Under the pieces are notes generated by a model. It worked only from the letters and a program-made list of their open reading frames with translations. It was not told the DNA's origin and did no database searches. The position numbers were made by a program, and so were the translations under genes. Shown here piece by piece: positions 59,149 through 64,000 of a stretch of 64,000 bases of DNA. Location: assembly GCA_012295275.1 (NCBI GenBank), contig CM022671.1:28954001-29018000 (forward strand), in the 5' to 3' direction. This stretch comes from Chrysomallon squamiferum (lineage: Eukaryota; Animalia; Mollusca). Position 1 is the first letter of the stretch. Every line of letters begins with the position of its first letter.

Positions 59149-61961
59149 GTATATATATATATATATGTTTTATGTATGTATGTATGTATGTGTGCGTGTG
59201 TCTCTCTCTCTCTATATATATATATGCATGTGTGTATGTGTGTGCATGTTACAAAATATTCATATGACCATATAAATGCATAACTAATATACATAAATGC
59301 ACAAAGAAAACAAACTGCAATGAAGAACACACAAGTAATACTCTGCAAATAAAGATGCATGCACCACAGTTGATTAATTGTTAAAAAATCTGATTAACTG
59401 AATAATAAATAAAGTGTATGAAAAACACTGCTAGAACTTACTTCAATCCCATTAGAACACTTGTACAATCCAATCAGTCACCAGGATCAGGTGATAATCG
59501 CAGTTGTGTTTATTTGAGACATCAGGACAAAGTTAGTGTTTGTTGTTATAACATCAAATGTTGTGTTATTCTCTTCAATTTGAGTCACAGTTTCTGTGTA
59601 TCATCAGTGATTTTTTATGTTTTCATTACTGTCTATCATTTGTCTCTGTGCTACAATGGGTCCATCAACAGGTTGCAGTTTATTTAAAATTAACCTCTTT
59701 CCTGCAAGCTCTGATTTCTAGGTTATGTCAACAACGGGCAAAATTTCTGCATATAAAAGTTATTTCATCAACACTCAGTTTCTAGTATATTCAGCTTGAA
59801 AATCACTCCCTAACACTCACAGAGGCCTGAACATTTTTTTTTAGATTCTATTACTCAGAATTAAACTTTCTTCATAAATAAAACCTATATTAAAAAGCCA
59901 CATCCTCAAAACCACAGCTACAAATGTTCACAATAATAACACTATTTCAATATTTTCTGCATTAAAGTAATTCTTGCAATTCCTCTGTATCAAACATATT
60001 CTGAAATAATAGCTACAGTTTCTAAGCAATAAAGTAACTTCCACAAAACCAGCTACACATCTTCTGCATTAAAATAATGTTTGTATAGACCTTACATTTC
60101 AATAGTTCAGAAGGTTTATCAATATTAGTCACAGCTTCTCATTAATTAAAGTTATTCCACAAACACCAGTAACAGACTGTGTGGATAATAAATTATATTT
60201 TCAGTACAAACCTTACAATCGGAAGCTGCTCCAGAGTTGGCCACAAGTTCAGTGTTTTAACTTACTTCCTGACTTTCTTGGTATTAAAATTATACTGTAA
60301 GCACAAAGCCACCATTCCACTATTAAAAGTTATTTCATAAACTCACACCACAATTCTGAATATTAAAATTCCTTCCTCAATATATCACTTAATCTTTTCC
60401 AGTCACAACTTGTAACAAGAACAACTTGCCTGCTGAAGTCACATACACAAACACACATATGTATGTATGTATATATATATATATATACACACACAATGTA
60501 ATAAGATTATTAACAAAAACCAGACCCTGCAGTACAATCTTATAACAGCCCTTCTGGATACAGCCAAACCATTGCAGCTCCACCCACTCCTAACCACACA
60601 ACTGAGAGAGGGGTAATGGCCAATCTTGTGTACTTAACTCTCTTGCTCTCTCTCTCAGCCAGTCACTCCCCACCACAGAATAGTAACTAGCCATGTGTTT
60701 GAGTACCAATCTGATCTCTGCTGTGTTTACCATTCTCTAGCAGAGTCATGTGTTTATATTGATCACCTGGGTCTGTGATGAAGGGAGGAACAAAGATAAA
60801 CGCCTTTGATGTTAATTTCCTAATGGATGGACTCATGCTGCTGTGGGTAATTTTGTACTGTATGTCCAGGGAGTGTGAAATATAGTTAAAGTTAATGTTA
60901 AATTATATATATATATAAGACAGAAACTAACAATAATAACATAAATAAAATTATGAGATTAAATGAATAAAAGAATTTAAGTGAAGTCTGTGAATATATA
61001 GAAGATTTAATCATGTGTTTTTTTTTTTTTGTTTTTTTATTTATTTATTTATTTGTTGTTGTTGTTGTTTGTTTTTTTTTTTTTGTTGGTGTTTTTTTTT
61101 TTAATATGAATATTTTCTAATGTAGCTTTGGTAATTTGTATCTACTAAGTCATAGAAAGGTATGGAAAATCAACTAATAGATGACAATTATTCCCTACAA
61201 TAAATTATATAAGAGATGTATTCTATTTAACAAAATAATTTTTTTGTTTCATTGAATTCTTCTTCTTCTTCTTCACTTTTGTCACTAAATGGCATCAGCA
61301 GCTGTAATTCACGATCTCCAGAATTTTTGTTCTTGGGCATAAATAAACAAACAAACAAACAAACAAACAAACAAACAAACAAACAAACAAACAAACAAAC
61401 AAACAAATAAACAAACAAACAAACAAACAAACAAACAAACAAATCCTCATCCAAATAAAAAAAAAAAAAATATAAATAAAAGTTTTTAAATAAATAAATA
61501 TCTAAACAACAAACAAACAAAAAATAAACACTCATAACATTCTAATTCAAAAATTTTTCTTTTCAATCACATTCCTATTTTCACTTACAAATAAAACAAA
61601 AAGTCACTATTATATAAAAAAATAAAACCACAAAAAAAATAAAAAAATGTGTAATTTCCAATTCACTGACATTCTGTAATTACTGAATGCCTAAATTTTT
61701 ATTTCTTCCTGGAGGCACAAAACTACACACCAGTGATTTATTTACAGCATAAACTCACTCTTCTGATTGATTAGATGAAACTCACTGTACATATAAATAT
61801 TTGATAACACATGCTGTGCTGCAGAGTGTAAAAGAACAGTTCGATGACTTTGGTATTTTAATGTTCTAGGTTCTCCGCACCAAATTTAGAATTCTGAGAA
61901 TGTGTAGTAAATGGGGTGTTACTGAATGTAAGCAAAATGTTCATTGGTGTGTGTGTCTCTC

Positions 61962-62001
<40 letters not shown>

Positions 62002-62713
62002 TCTGTAGTACATGTGATGCTATCAAAGATTAAAAAATTAAATATTTTTCTACTGATGTGGACTAAAGGAGATGTTATCAAATGTCACAAAACAGTTATT
62101 TCTGTTCAAGGCAGCATGGTTGATGCAAATTAAATATGTTCAAGTATGCTTGCTGTGGACACAATCTCTCTCTATTAAACTAACATCTCTCTGTATATAA
62201 TACACATCTGGTTTTATTAGGATGCATAGTGAATGGGGTGTTACTCACTAGAAAAATTAAGAATGGAGGAGAAATAGGGAGAGTGGGAGGAGAGAGAAGG
62301 GGAGGGAAATAGGGTGAGGGGGAGGAGACACAAAGGGAGCAAACAAAAGATAAATGATGTTTACTATGAAATACAAAACACAGATCAATGATCTATCATG
62401 TTTTTGTTTTTTACTTTTCTAAGCTTTCTTAAAATACTTCTTTGGGTTCATTAGCAATTAACAAAACTGTATTCACAACATGAATGAAGCAGAGAGAAAC
62501 GTTCTGATTGTAAATTATCTCTCAGTTGATTTACTGGTTTGATAACTTTAGTCATCTCTTTGCTCTGCAGGATCTAATTTTTTTTATTATTATTTATTCT
62601 GAATATTAGTTTTCCTTTGTTTCTTTTATGATTGATTTATTTGTTTATTTATACATTAGCTTATTTTATTTACGTATTTATTTTATTAATTAATTTATTT
62701 ACTTATTTATTCT

Positions 62714-62764
<51 letters not shown>

Positions 62765-64000
62765 TTTGTTCTTTATTTATAATATTTATTTATTTATTTA
62801 TTTTATTTTATTTTATTTTATTCTTTCTATATTACTGTACATTATTATTGCAATTTCCATTATTTTTATCATTAATATTATTTTTATTATTTGTAATTCT
62901 TTTATTTATAATCCTGCTTTTAAACAGAAAAAATATTTTATCACTTAACTGATTATTTTATTTTTTGTATGTGGGTTTGCATGTTTTGAGGTTTGCATGT
63001 ATACAAGAGTAAATGTAATTTGACTGTTTTTTCTTTCTACTTCAGCATTCTTCTTGCTTTTTTCCTTTCTAATTTTTTTTTTTTCTATCTTAATTTTTTT
63101 TTCTTTATTGCATTTATAAATATTTGATAAGATCTGCTGTAGATTAGATTAACCTTTCTAACATCTCTGAGTTTTCAACAACCATGTTGATGTTGCTCTT
63201 GATGATAATGTTTATTTCTTTTGAAACTTTAAAGGTTTCTGTTTGCAAAAAATAAATAAATAATTTTTTTCTTATTTCATGTGTATTTAGGATGTATGTT
63301 CTTTCATTATCTTTGGCGGAGACATTAATGTTTGTGTTGTTTTGTTGTTTTTTTCCATTTTTTTTTATGTTGTTGTTGTTTATTATACTTTTATTTTTAA
63401 TATTATAATTTTTTGGAGGATGAGGTACTGGGAGTTTTTTTTAAAGTTTATTTTATTTATTGATTTGTCCAACTACTACTACTATTACTACTACTACAAC
63501 AACTACAGCTACTATAACATCTACTATTATTATTATTATTAATATTTCTATTCTGCTATTACAACCATTTTATTCCCTAATACAATATTCATTTAAATTT
63601 TTTCTAATTTTTATGTTTACATACTTTTTTAATGGCACCTATCACTTTAATAAACATTAATCCGCACTTTATTCGACGACTAAGTTACTGCAGTGTGAAT
63701 TCATTCTGAATAGATTTAGCGTGTTAATGAAAACTAATACTATAAAAGCATGATGTGAGAGATACATCCATGTCTCCATTGATTCTGAATCACTGCCTGC
63801 TTTCACTGACTAACATTTAACAACAGAAATAATGCCCACTCGATTTCCAGGAAGTTGATCTGTACTTGTTTGACTAGAGTGATGATGATCTGACTTCAGT
63901 GCAGTCCTGTACCACTCAGTGTGAGATTAGTAATAAGCTGATGGTTATGTAATTGTGATTGGTTTGTAGGGCAGTTATGTAGGCCGTTGTGTTTCTGAGA

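Noticed and set aside
54000-64000. Additional genes in the last 10 kb
   Set aside because: No exon chain with consistent phase or recognisable protein motif was found by eye; probably CaMKK 5' intron or upstream sequence. Small exons cannot be excluded.

Overview
AT-rich, microsatellite-dense animal genomic DNA. A mollusc/gastropod origin is inferred from the repeat families and composition. Three spliced genes were reconstructed by hand, all with GT-AG introns and consistent phases. (1) The last four exons of RAD9, a 9-1-1 checkpoint clamp subunit (+, 321-2254). (2) A complete 621-aa AidB/ACDH-11-type acyl-CoA dehydrogenase (+, 4560-13471). (3) A Ca2+/calmodulin-dependent kinase kinase, CaMKK (-, 45134-20683, with a candidate upstream exon near 53.6 kb). 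The best finding is a pair of old, intact, duplicated 95-nt exons in the dehydrogenase (9217-9311 and 9732-9826). Only one can be included without a frameshift, so they appear mutually exclusive, and they swap the substrate-pocket helix. Flanking intron segments could form competing RNA duplexes that control the choice. CaMKK carries two younger tandem duplications of exon ends and splice donors, one strongly CpG-rich exon, an intronic fold-back, a 45/39-bp minisatellite with higher-order structure and a TGCAAA array just after the stop. Nearly all other ORFs in the track are microsatellite artefacts. No rRNA, tRNA or CRISPR was seen.
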